Positions 20,658-29,892 are shown, counted from the stretch's first letter. The stretch: DNA of 53,537 bases from Bacteriovoracaceae bacterium (GCA_947463705.1 CANHSO010000001.1:1-53537), one strand, 5' to 3'. A program made the numbers and translations. The notes: generated from the sequence alone by a model not told the origin.

Positions 20658-21566
20658 ATGACACCACCGGCAACTCAGCACCAGATTGAGGCTTTCCCGA
20701 ACGGGAGTTTTTCCGTAAGAAATACGGAACTTAACGAGTGTATGCACTCGACCATCGGCCCGTGGGTCGAGGCCCAGGAGATCTACCTAGAGCAGTCTAA
20801 CTTACTCAATTGCCTAGCCACCGTTTCTAAAGAACCCCACGCTGCCCCTTGGGTCATTTATGATGTGGGCTTGGGAATCGCCGCAAACTCGCTTGCCGTT
20901 TTGGAACACTTGGGTCAATCACAAACCGCCAGTGCATCTCCTCGGCTTGTAATGATTAGCTTTGAAACCGAACTGGATGGAATCAAAAGGGCACTGCAAA
21001 GACCCGAGCTTTTTCCTTTTTTGGAGAGAAACCAAGAAATTGTAAGAACGCTACTAGAGAAAGGGGTCTGGACGGGTCAGCTGGCATCCGGAATTCACTT
21101 CAACTGGGAGCTAAAACTGGGGGACTTTCGCACTCAACTCTCTCAGTGTCCAAAAGCAGATCTCATTTTTTTCGATCTCTATTCACCCAAATCACTCCCA
21201 GAGCTCTGGAGCTATCAAACCTTTCAATTACTCGCCGAAAAGAGCCACCATCCCCAGAACCCACTTGAACTCCGCGAAACACGCCTCATTACCTACAGTG
21301 CTTCAACAGCAGTTCGAACGGCCCTCCTATTGAATGGTTTTTACGTCGGAAAAGGGCAACCTACTGCGGGTAAAAAAGAGACGACTCTTGCAAGCACCCG
21401 GAGAAAGTCCCTCACGAATCCGCTCTCCAAGGACTGGTTAGATCATTGGCAGAGATCGAGCCAACCACTCCCCAGAGATTTAGCTGAACCATTCATTCCT
21501 GAAAAAAAAGAGCAAATTTTATCCCAGCTGTTGGCAATCATCCGAGATCAAGCTCTCTCTAGCTGA
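20658..21566 (+). CDS. MnmC-like SAM-dependent methyltransferase (DUF752 family)
   Basis: The pattern is S.RN..L.E.MHS..GPW.EA, then ..YDVGLGIAAN, then ..DLIFFDLYSP....ELWS and ..YSASTAVRTALLLNGF. I prefer the internal start MTPPATQ (20658), which avoids overlap with the leuS start. Confidence 0.65.
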   Translation: MTPPATQHQIEAFPNGSFSVRNTELNECMHSTIGPWVEAQEIYLEQSNLLNCLATVSKEPHAAPWVIYDVGLGIAANSLAVLEHLGQSQTASASPRLVMISFETELDGIKRALQRPELFPFLERNQEIVRTLLEKGVWTGQLASGIHFNWELKLGDFRTQLSQCPKADLIFFDLYSPKSLPELWSYQTFQLLAEKSHHPQNPLELRETRLITYSASTAVRTALLLNGFYVGKGQPTAGKKETTLASTRRKSLTNPLSKDWLDHWQRSSQPLPRDLAEPFIPEKKEQILSQLLAIIRDQALSS

Positions 21567-22818
21567 TCTTTGCTGTGGTCAATTGGTGCAGGGCTTTCAC
21601 CAATTCATTTTCTGTTTCCGCGAGCCATCGTTCGTAGGCAGAATGGATCCGCGAATACTCATCTCGCCCGGATTTTGAAACATCACTCAGGCGATCCAGC
21701 AGAGTTCGACTCTCGAACGTTTTTCTGGCAGCTAGAATTTTTTCATAATACCGGTTTAATGCCTGATCGAACTGAGTCAGGTTTTTATTCTGATCGATTG
21801 CCTTAAGACACTTTGCCGCGCCGAAACAGCCCCAAGCTTCAGAATTTTCGACAAACTCCACATTTCCAAATGAGTGAAAATCAAAAGTTTCGAATACCAC
21901 TCCGTATTGAAAAGGGAGTTGTCCAAATTGAATTAAGGAATCTTTCAGGTGCGGCCGCTTAAAGACTTGATCAACCGTCGGAATTTCGGCCTGAACTTTT
22001 TTTGCGATTCGAGTCAGGGTTGAAGCAGGACTCAGGTGAGTTAATGACAACAGATTTTTAAGGCCCTTCGGCATTGGCTTCATCAACTTTGCTGCAGCCA
22101 AGATGTTAACTACAAAATGATTGCAATTTGACTGAATGGCATCCCAGAAATAGACTTCTTCATTGATTTTGTTTGCCCAAGTTACGATCGCACTCATTTG
22201 TTTAATATTGACCGGAATTTTCCAACACTTCACCTCTCGCCCCAAGGTCAGTCCGTAATCCGAGGTGAGCGCATACTCGGCTAAATAGTGATCTAGAGAT
22301 TCCCCAAAGTCTCGGACTTCAAATTGACGTTGACTTGAAGAATGGAGCTGCAGACCTGAATAAACCCCCAAGTCTACAATTCGTTTTAATAGCTGTTCAT
22401 GAAATTTCGCGTCCAAAGACGCTGTCGCTGGCAAACCTCCACTCAACCCTAAGTTCCTACCAGGAACTGCAATCCAGTGACTATTCGCAACTCGGGCGTT
22501 AGCACTCAAAAAAATCCCCTTTTGAACTGCCTCACCCGCTAGGGAAACATCTTCAGAAAGGTCATCAGCCGAGCAAATTTTAAGCTTCCAGGGAGCCGGA
22601 GCCTTCTTGCCCACTTCAATATCCGCAGGCGGAACTCGTTCCCGACAAACACCCTTGAGATAGGTGACTGCATGGCCCCAGGCATTTCCTGATGTTTCTT
22701 GAGTGGAACCGCAAGCCATCACATAATAGGGAAACAGCGCCTCATAAGCCGTGTCAGCATAGGAAACTTGGGCCATCGCCATCCAAATTGGCAGCAATCG
22801 GAATAAGGCATTTTTCAC
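21559..22818 (-). CDS. Exported hypothetical protein
   Basis: 419-aa ORF with a signal peptide (LLPIWMAMAQVSYA). I recognised no motif. Confidence 0.5.
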   Translation of the reverse strand: MKNALFRLLPIWMAMAQVSYADTAYEALFPYYVMACGSTQETSGNAWGHAVTYLKGVCRERVPPADIEVGKKAPAPWKLKICSADDLSEDVSLAGEAVQKGIFLSANARVANSHWIAVPGRNLGLSGGLPATASLDAKFHEQLLKRIVDLGVYSGLQLHSSSQRQFEVRDFGESLDHYLAEYALTSDYGLTLGREVKCWKIPVNIKQMSAIVTWANKINEEVYFWDAIQSNCNHFVVNILAAAKLMKPMPKGLKNLLSLTHLSPASTLTRIAKKVQAEIPTVDQVFKRPHLKDSLIQFGQLPFQYGVVFETFDFHSFGNVEFVENSEAWGCFGAAKCLKAIDQNKNLTQFDQALNRYYEKILAARKTFESRTLLDRLSDVSKSGRDEYSRIHSAYERWLAETENELVKALHQLTTAKIS

Positions 22819-22922
22819 GTGAATTCTCCCAAGCCAGGAGTACCGACCGAGCTAATGGAAGTCAAGAATTCCCGATGAACTTTTCGTGGATGATCCTGAT
22901 TGGTTTTGATAACTATTCTTTT

Positions 22923-24947
22923 ATGAAAGCCAAAAATACTTCCTCGCAAGACTTTAAAGACGCTATCCTTGCTGGCATTCCCGACACCATACCTGAAAAA
23001 AAACCCTATGACACGAAGGTGAATCATGCTCCCAAACGCAAAGATATCCTCTCTCCAGAGGAAAAACGGCTCGCACTGAAAAATGCACTGAGATATTTTA
23101 AACGAGAGCATCATCCGATTCTAGCCCCTGAATTCTTAGAAGAACTTCAAGCTTACGGACGCATCTATATGCATCGGTTTCGTCCTGATTATCCCATCTA
23201 TGCTCGACCCATTACCGAATATCCCGCTCAATCTCATCAAGCAGCAGCCATCATGCTCATGATCACAAATAATCTGGACCTGCAGGTTGCCCAGCATCCC
23301 CATGAATTGATCACTTATGGTGGGAATGGTGCTGTTTTTCAAAACTGGGCCCAATACCTTCTCACGATGCAATACCTCAGTCGAATGACTGACGAACAAA
23401 CCTTAGTACTCTACTCGGGCCATCCGTTGGGACTCTTTCCATCTCACCCTGAGGCTCCGCGCGTCGTAGTGACCAACGGTCTGATGATCCCCAACTATTC
23501 AAAAAAAGATGACCTCGAGCGATTTAATGCGCTCGGGGTCACTCAGTTTGGCCAAATGACTGCAGGATCATTCATGTATATTGGGCCGCAGGGGATCGTG
23601 CACGGTACGACGATCACCCTCTTAAATGCAGGTCGAAGATCCAACCCCAACCTCAACTCCCTCGAGGGGAAACTCTTTGTCTCCTCAGGACTCGGAGGAA
23701 TGTCGGGTGCCCAAGGAAAAGCCGCAGTGATTGCTGGAGCAATTGGAGTCATTGCAGAGATCAATCCCAAGGCGATTGAGAAGCGCCATTCACAGGGCTG
23801 GATCAACGAAGTGTTTACTGATCTGGAACTCCTCGCTCATCGGATCGAAACTGCGCGAAGCAAAGGGGAGGGAATCGCTCTCGCCTATCAAGGAAATGCC
23901 GTAGACCTCTGGGAGTACCTCGCGAAAAATAAAATCCCGGTCGATTTAGGCTCAGACCAAACCTCTCTGCATAACCCGTGGAGCGGTGGTTACTACCCCG
24001 CTGGACTCACTCTCGAAGAGTCAAATCGAATGATGGCAGAGCGTCCCGATGATTTTAAATTACGGGTCCAGCAGAGCCTCAAACGCCAAGTTGCAGCCAT
24101 TCATTCACTCACCCAGCAAGGAATGTATTTTTTTGACTACGGTAATGCTTTCTTACTCGAGGCAAGCCGAGCCAAGGCTGATGTTTTAAATGCCGATGGC
24201 CAATTCAGATACCCGTCATATGTCCAAGATATTCTCGGGCCTCTTTGCTTTGATTATGGATTTGGACCCTTTCGTTGGGTGTGTACCTCGGGATCAGAAA
24301 AGGACTTGGATACGACAGATGCAATCGCTACCCAGGTCCTTCGAGACCGCTTGAGGGAGTCCCCAAAGGAAATTCAGTCCCAACTCATGGACAACCTACG
24401 CTGGATTGAATCTGCAAAGGAGAATCGCCTCGTGGTCGGTTCACAGGCACGCATTCTTTATGCTGACTCTGAAGGCCGGATCGAGATTTCACGTGCACTC
24501 AATCAGGCCATTCGAGAGGGCAAAGTTTCTGCCCCCATTGTCTTAGGTCGTGATCATCACGACGTATCAGGAACTGACTCGCCCTATCGTGAAACCTCAA
24601 ACATCTATGACGGCTCCCAATTTACAGCCGATATGGCAGTCCATAATTTTGTCGGAGACTCCTTCCGAGGCGCCACCTGGGTTTCTCTCCACAACGGAGG
24701 GGGAGTGGGCTGGGGCGAGGTCATCAATGGCGGATTTGGACTGGTTTTAGACGGAACCCCTGAAGCCGATCGGCGGCTAGAATCGATGCTTTTTTGGGAT
24801 GTGAATAACGGAATTGCAAGGAGAAGTTGGGCACGAAACCCCGAAGCGCGATTCGCAATCGAACGAGCTATGGAAGAGGAGCCTCGACTCAAGGTCACTC
24901 TCCCTCACTTAGTCGAGGACTCGATTCTCAATCAGATCTTGGATTAG
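22923..24947 (+). CDS. hutU: Urocanate hydratase, long form (about 674 aa)
   Basis: Urocanase motifs run throughout (GGNGAVFQNW, GQMTAGSFMYIGPQGIVHGT, GLGGMSGAQ, VSLHNGGGVGWGE). I chose the start at ATG 22923 (MKAKNTSS). The upstream part of the track ORF overlaps the divergent gene and looks non-coding. Confidence 0.9.
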   Translation: MKAKNTSSQDFKDAILAGIPDTIPEKKPYDTKVNHAPKRKDILSPEEKRLALKNALRYFKREHHPILAPEFLEELQAYGRIYMHRFRPDYPIYARPITEYPAQSHQAAAIMLMITNNLDLQVAQHPHELITYGGNGAVFQNWAQYLLTMQYLSRMTDEQTLVLYSGHPLGLFPSHPEAPRVVVTNGLMIPNYSKKDDLERFNALGVTQFGQMTAGSFMYIGPQGIVHGTTITLLNAGRRSNPNLNSLEGKLFVSSGLGGMSGAQGKAAVIAGAIGVIAEINPKAIEKRHSQGWINEVFTDLELLAHRIETARSKGEGIALAYQGNAVDLWEYLAKNKIPVDLGSDQTSLHNPWSGGYYPAGLTLEESNRMMAERPDDFKLRVQQSLKRQVAAIHSLTQQGMYFFDYGNAFLLEASRAKADVLNADGQFRYPSYVQDILGPLCFDYGFGPFRWVCTSGSEKDLDTTDAIATQVLRDRLRESPKEIQSQLMDNLRWIESAKENRLVVGSQARILYADSEGRIEISRALNQAIREGKVSAPIVLGRDHHDVSGTDSPYRETSNIYDGSQFTADMAVHNFVGDSFRGATWVSLHNGGGVGWGEVINGGFGLVLDGTPEADRRLESMLFWDVNNGIARRSWARNPEARFAIERAMEEEPRLKVTLPHLVEDSILNQILD

Positions 24948-26515
24948 CTCCGCTCGCATTCGAATAGGCCCCAAATCGTGATGCGCTCCAACCAGCCGTT
25001 CGAGCTCCCTAGAACGCCAAAATTGAATTTCTCTACCCATCTAGGCAAGGATTGATAGACAGGATGACAAGAGGAACGCAACGCCGGGAATTCCGGTGGC
25101 AAATCAAACGCGTGATGAACCAAGTAGATCGGCTGATGTTTTGATTGCAGGAGACTCTCAAACGCCGTACCCGACTCGATTCGACGAATCTCCAGACCTG
25201 CGGGGCGATAGAAAAAGGTCGGGGTCCCAAATAAATCATAGGGATCTCGACCCAGTGTATAAATCAACTTCACATCCGGACGACGTTTGAACTCCCCATC
25301 CAACCCTTGAAAAAACAGAATTGTCCTCGAAGCAGGGGAAAAACTCATCACCAGGAGCGCAAGGCAGTTATCAAGAATGAGGAACCGACCAGTCCAGCTC
25401 ATCAGCGACCGGAGACGCTCAGGCAAGGATGATAAGGAAAAAAATGCCCGACTTTTCTCCGAGTAAAAACAAAACGTCAAAAGCGCTGGCGCTGCTGATG
25501 CGAGAGGCAAAAAGAACCTCAACTCTTTATGCCCGATCAGCTCATGAACCACAAAAAAGGGAAGATGAGCCCAAGTCAGCAAATGCTTTGGGTGCCTCAG
25601 CCAAGCTACGATCATCGCTATGAGGAGGAAAAATCCAAGCGGAGGCCAAGACTCCGTCAAAGACATCCTAAAAATATCCCACCAGGGAGAATCACCGTAT
25701 TGAGAGGCCCCGCCACGAATCAAATTATAAGAAAAGTAGTTCCAAGGTGACCAACTCCATGATCCATACCCCCAGACATCTACCCATCGACCCAAAGCGA
25801 AGATGACAAAAAAACCTGCAAATACCGATAAAATCTGGCCCCAACGCAACCTTTTATAAACTAAGACCCACCCTAATGTGCCGACTAGCATGAGAGCCAT
25901 TTGAAATCGGCACTCAAAACTTAATCCGAATAAAGCTCCAATGAGCGTCAGCACTGAAAAGCTCCGACTCGAATTTCCCTGGGATTTGGAAAACTCGAGA
26001 TGAATCGAAAGTAGGCAAAGACCAATCAAGAAAAGAGAACCCCCAAGCCCCTCCGAGGAAGCTCTGCTATGAAGTGCAGGTAGGAACCAAAGCAACCCAT
26101 TCGCAGCCAGAAAAAATCGCTGCGCTCGCTCACCCTGAAACCAATATCGAGAGCAAAGAGCCATCAGAACTAAGCTCGACCACCCCACTAGCGAGCAGAT
26201 CATTCGAAATACCCAGACCCAGTTGAACGGACTCTGCACTCCGAATCCCTTCAAAACTTTGACGACTCCGTAATAGAAAGCGGGCTGCAACCAAGGTCGC
26301 ATCTGCTCATGAAACTCATCTGGAAGCACACTCTGAGGAGTAAGGCCCAGCTTGTAATTTAGAAACTCTAAAATTTGAAAGTGTTCATCTGCTGCGTGAT
26401 ACCCAACGCTAAAGTAGCTGCAAAAAAGGTGCAGTATCAGACTGAATGAGAGCGATCCAAAGAACCAACGCTTCCAATTCGACGACTCGGAGCTGAAAGA
26501 TAAACTTTTTAACAT
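24944..26515 (-). CDS. Polytopic membrane glycosyltransferase, GT22/Alg9-like (PMT_2-type) mannosyltransferase family
   Basis: 523 aa with at least 10 predicted TM helices. An N-terminal loop motif (GYHAADEHFQILEF) resembles the DE(x)FQ motif of GT22/GT-C enzymes. Confidence 0.6.
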   Translation of the reverse strand: MLKSLSFSSESSNWKRWFFGSLSFSLILHLFCSYFSVGYHAADEHFQILEFLNYKLGLTPQSVLPDEFHEQMRPWLQPAFYYGVVKVLKGFGVQSPFNWVWVFRMICSLVGWSSLVLMALCSRYWFQGERAQRFFLAANGLLWFLPALHSRASSEGLGGSLFLIGLCLLSIHLEFSKSQGNSSRSFSVLTLIGALFGLSFECRFQMALMLVGTLGWVLVYKRLRWGQILSVFAGFFVIFALGRWVDVWGYGSWSWSPWNYFSYNLIRGGASQYGDSPWWDIFRMSLTESWPPLGFFLLIAMIVAWLRHPKHLLTWAHLPFFVVHELIGHKELRFFLPLASAAPALLTFCFYSEKSRAFFSLSSLPERLRSLMSWTGRFLILDNCLALLVMSFSPASRTILFFQGLDGEFKRRPDVKLIYTLGRDPYDLFGTPTFFYRPAGLEIRRIESGTAFESLLQSKHQPIYLVHHAFDLPPEFPALRSSCHPVYQSLPRWVEKFNFGVLGSSNGWLERITIWGLFECERS

Positions 26516-26651
26516 GGAAACTTCCTATCCGAGCAGCCCACACAGGTTCTCGGATACTCAACCGGTTCAATCATCACCAGACGTCCTCGAAGTCAATGCT
26601 TTCAAAGACTCTGAATTACAGCTATAAATCCTATTCATAGGAGACTTATTC

Positions 26652-26888
26652 ATGTCAAAATTTCTTGCTGTCTGTTTAGCTGCCTCACTCCTCACAATCG
26701 CTGCACCAGTCTCTGCTTTCGCCCACTGCTCCTGCGACGAGCACTGTGCCGATCGTTGCGCCCAGGGAAAGGCCAAGGACTGTTCCTGTAAGGAATGCTC
26801 CAAGAGTGGTGGCTGCGATCCAAAAACTTGCTCTCATCACAAGGGAAAGCACGACCATCACGACGGATCCAAGGAAAAACAAAAATAA
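26652..26888 (+). CDS. Small exported Cys/His-rich protein (putative metal-binding)
   Basis: 78 aa with an AGGAG RBS about 9 nt upstream and a signal peptide (LAASLLTIAAPVSAFA). The 53-aa mature part has 10 Cys in CxC/CxxC-type spacing (HCSCDEHCADRCAQGKAKDCSCKECSKSGGCDPKTC) and a His-rich tail (SHHKGKHDHHDG). Confidence 0.6.
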   Translation: MSKFLAVCLAASLLTIAAPVSAFAHCSCDEHCADRCAQGKAKDCSCKECSKSGGCDPKTCSHHKGKHDHHDGSKEKQK

Positions 26889-26921
26889 ACTCCTCGGCCT
26901 ACGATTAGTTTTAAATCCACC

Positions 26922-27797
26922 TCATGTCCAGCGTCTTGGCGCCATTTTTGGAGGCATAACGAATCGCTGCTGCGGAGTAGGATCCACGGTGTCAACAACA
27001 AATCTTTGTTGTGCCACCCTCTCCTTTTGATCTCTCCGGTGATCTGTGCCGCCGACCTTAATCCATTGACACATCTCATGGAGGCGACTGATCACTCGTT
27101 GGTGATACCGCTCTTCCAACTCAGCCTCATTCAGATTAGTCGTCACGAAGAGGGGCCGGTCCTCTTTTGAGTTGAGTCGCGTATCGATGATCATGTAAAG
27201 CTTTTCTTCGCCCCAGTCTGTGGCCTTTTCCGCACCCAGATCGTCTAGCATCAAGAGATGCACCTGACTCGATACCATTCTCAATCTTTCGTCGAAGAGG
27301 TCTTCGTCGTAACCTCGCCGCAGAAGCGCTAAAAGGCCGCTCATGTTCTGAAAGGCTCCACTCATGGGGCTCCCCATACAGAGCCTCGACCCTAAGCTTG
27401 CCATCAGGTGACTTTTCCCGCGTCCAGGAGGCCCCATTAGGAGGATTCCTTTTCTTTGGTAAGTCCATTCACTTGTGGCCGTATAGGCCTCACGATTCTC
27501 GTCACACACGTCGAAGGCCTTTTGAGGCCCGTCTGTGAATTGAGAGAATCCGAGTTCTTGCAAGTTTCTCTTGACAGCTAACCGTTGAGCGTCTCGATCC
27601 TTAGCCTCTTTTTCGGCTCTTTTTCTTTCCTCAAGAGCGAACGCACAGGTTTTGTGCTCGATTTCCTTCCAGTAGAGCTTCTCGCTCATGGTCTTAATCC
27701 AGCGCTTTTGAATCTCCCAATCGGGGTTCTTTTCATAGCTCAGGGGCTTTTGGCAAAACTCACAGAATTGATTTGGCTTCAACGGTATTTCGGTCAT
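26922..27797 (-). CDS. DnaC/IstB-like AAA+ ATPase with an N-terminal Cys-containing extension; no IstA partner
   Basis: It has a Walker A (LLMGPPGRGKSHL), a Walker B (HLLMLDDLGAEK) and a sensor region (PLFVTTNL). The N-terminus carries CEFCQKP. I prefer the start ATG 27797 (MTEIPLK) with AAGGTG upstream. Confidence 0.7.
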   Translation of the reverse strand: MTEIPLKPNQFCEFCQKPLSYEKNPDWEIQKRWIKTMSEKLYWKEIEHKTCAFALEERKRAEKEAKDRDAQRLAVKRNLQELGFSQFTDGPQKAFDVCDENREAYTATSEWTYQRKGILLMGPPGRGKSHLMASLGSRLCMGSPMSGAFQNMSGLLALLRRGYDEDLFDERLRMVSSQVHLLMLDDLGAEKATDWGEEKLYMIIDTRLNSKEDRPLFVTTNLNEAELEERYHQRVISRLHEMCQWIKVGGTDHRRDQKERVAQQRFVVDTVDPTPQQRFVMPPKMAPRRWT

Positions 27798-27872
27798 GGC
27801 TCGAAGCACCTTACCAAAGATTTTGCTCCAGCGGCACTCTAGAGTTCAGCGCACGGTCGCTTGCTCCACGGC

Positions 27873-29339
27873 TCACCTGCTGTCAATTCGTAGCTGATTC
27901 CTAACTCCCTGAATTAAATCCAATTCAAAATCCCGATCATCTGATTTCCCAGCACTCCGTTCAAAGTGATTCAGTAGTGCTATCACCATCTCGCGTCCTT
28001 CGGCGGTCTTCATTGCTTGAACAGGGGTTTTGTTCCCTAGAGCAGGAATGCGTGAGGTGACCCAAGTCTCCATTTGCTTCTGCCGCATCTCTCGCAGCCT
28101 CTTCTTCGCCTCTGGGTGACTCATCAGCTCTTGCTGTTTCTTGGCATATTTTTCACTACTCTCCGGAGTCTGTCTAGCCTTGTGCTCCTCCATCTTTGCT
28201 TCTAGAGATTCAATGAGAGTTGTTTTGTACCTCGCGTTCCCCTTGCAGCGCTTTTTTATAATCTCCTTGATGGCGGCCTCGCGTTCAAACGAGTTTACAT
28301 CAATAGTCATCTTGTTTTTCTCGATCGTTACATGACCAAGAATAGTGGTTTCCATTCCGCGATGAGCTTTATTGCCTTTTTTGAGCCAAGGAAATTCGAC
28401 ATCAATAATGGTGTTATCCGTACCCATCCTGGCTCGATCGAGCAGTGAGTCGAAGGTTTCATTAAAACACAGAGTGTGAAGCGCCTCAAAGGCATCATTC
28501 GAGCTATCGATCTCAAAAACCACTTGATTAAAAGATAGTGCTTCGCCATCCGTATTCACCATTTGAGGCGGCTTGGGGTTGATCCAACGATCACGGATCT
28601 CGCGATAAACACCCCTGATGTCGGACTCGAAATCCAAGACGTGATTTGACTTTAAGAGTGAGTCCTTTTTAACCCGCTTGAGGCGCTTGATATCTTGACG
28701 TAGTTCGAGAATTGCACCCTTCCATGCCGGTGGAATCAAAATATCCGAGACCGCATCAAAAATTGCAGTTTTACCCTCTGAACTCATGACGCCAATTCTT
28801 CCAAAGAAAATATCACCCGGCTGCACATACTGAGATCCAGTTCGCTCGCTAACGTACAACTCGCGCCCAGTAAAAATACAGCGCACCTGGATGCCGTGAT
28901 TGGCCCTTGCCTCAATTACCTCATAAAACGTGATCGGCTCATTTAAGAGCGACTTCAGGTACTCCAACTCCTTCTCATCCAGGGAAGAGAAGCGGTCCGC
29001 CAAGTAGAGAATAGACATCCGCGCTCGCGGCTCAGGCAGGCGCGGACAAGCCCAATTATGCAGGAACCAAGTCATGAATAGGCCGAACTCCTTTTGATTG
29101 GCTCCAAGCGGTTCCTTAAAATCCATGCACCACGCTTCCCATCCAGCGAGCTGATCATCTTTAACGTAAAACTCGTGGGAATACCGCTCGACCTTCCTAT
29201 GGACGCTATCGCGGGTGTTGCGAACGTTCCTCCAAAGGAGGTCATCTGACACGACGGTCGACATCTTGAGTAGGCAGCACCTTTTGTATTTCTTGCTACT
29301 GCCGCAAGGGCATGCGTCATTTCGTCCAATATCTTTCAT
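27873..29339 (-). CDS. SEC-C-motif protein of unknown function
   Basis: 488 aa. The N-terminus has the SEC-C metal-binding motif (NDACPCGSSKKYKRCC). The C-terminal segment (GNKTPVQAMKTAEGREMVIALLNHFE) resembles the helical toxin-binding-type module of Xre/MbcA/ParS antitoxins; that match is tentative. It lies 63 nt upstream of the DnaC-like gene on the same strand. Confidence 0.6.
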   Translation of the reverse strand: MKDIGRNDACPCGSSKKYKRCCLLKMSTVVSDDLLWRNVRNTRDSVHRKVERYSHEFYVKDDQLAGWEAWCMDFKEPLGANQKEFGLFMTWFLHNWACPRLPEPRARMSILYLADRFSSLDEKELEYLKSLLNEPITFYEVIEARANHGIQVRCIFTGRELYVSERTGSQYVQPGDIFFGRIGVMSSEGKTAIFDAVSDILIPPAWKGAILELRQDIKRLKRVKKDSLLKSNHVLDFESDIRGVYREIRDRWINPKPPQMVNTDGEALSFNQVVFEIDSSNDAFEALHTLCFNETFDSLLDRARMGTDNTIIDVEFPWLKKGNKAHRGMETTILGHVTIEKNKMTIDVNSFEREAAIKEIIKKRCKGNARYKTTLIESLEAKMEEHKARQTPESSEKYAKKQQELMSHPEAKKRLREMRQKQMETWVTSRIPALGNKTPVQAMKTAEGREMVIALLNHFERSAGKSDDRDFELDLIQGVRNQLRIDSR

Positions 29340-29506
29340 TCAACACTCCGATTCTAAGAGCCGAAACGGTCTTTGCAGGCGCTGCCATCGTTCCGCAGGA
29401 CAACTGCCCATCAAAGTCGTGGCCCAAAATATCTGAGTCTTAAGCCAAAAGCCTAGAATTTTCTTCTCGTGCGTAAACTTCTTTTACCTTCAGCTCCTTG
29501 TGAGCT

Positions 29507-29769
29507 GAGAGTTACAGGTCCTCGACTAAGCGGGAGCCGATATGAGCGCTGGGGAAATCGGCGTCACTATCGCTCCGACTGGACGACCGCGCTTCGCAAT
29601 ACCTACTACCGAACGAGGCGCCCCGAGCCAACTTGTCGCAGTGCATGATTCGAATGATTTCAGTAGATTAGGCACGTGTGTGTCGACTTTGACCTGACTA
29701 GTGATCGTAGGACTGATAAAAATTTCGACACTTTAAATTGATTGAATTTAGCTAGCAGTGGAAGACTCC
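29507..29769. repeat. Repeat family copy 1: FGE-domain C-terminal remnant fused to a conserved 135-nt non-coding block
   Basis: Positions 29507-29634 align with 31432-31559 at about 74% identity. On the minus strand this part codes ..GSRLVEDL*. Positions 29635-29769 align with 32023-32157 at 125/135 identity, and the last 52 nt are identical. Confidence 0.85.
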
Positions 29770-29892
29770 ATCCCACCGGTTCCCCATTCTGGATTAGCAC
29801 GCTGGCCACTTTGTTAAGCCCATCAGCCTGAATCGCTCGAAATCGAGCGCCTCAGATTTAGCCACTGCGACACAGCCGAATCTCTTCGTACA

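Noticed and set aside
22692-22922. The N-terminal 77-codon extension of hutU in the track ORF.
   Set aside because: It overlaps the 5' end of the divergent gene 21559..22818 and has non-protein-like composition. Urocanase homology begins after the ATG at 22923.
26922-27797. An IS21-family insertion sequence, inferred from the IstB-like ATPase.
   Set aside because: There is no IstA transposase ORF and no terminal inverted repeats. The upstream gene is a SEC-C protein, so I did not call this a mobile element.
29645-29671. An 8-codon micro-ORF on the plus strand of the conserved block (MIRMISVD* in copy 1, MIRVISIN* in copy 2).
   Set aside because: It is very short and has no RBS. The equivalent ATG is GAG in copy 3. 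The apparently conservative substitutions rest on only 4 differences.
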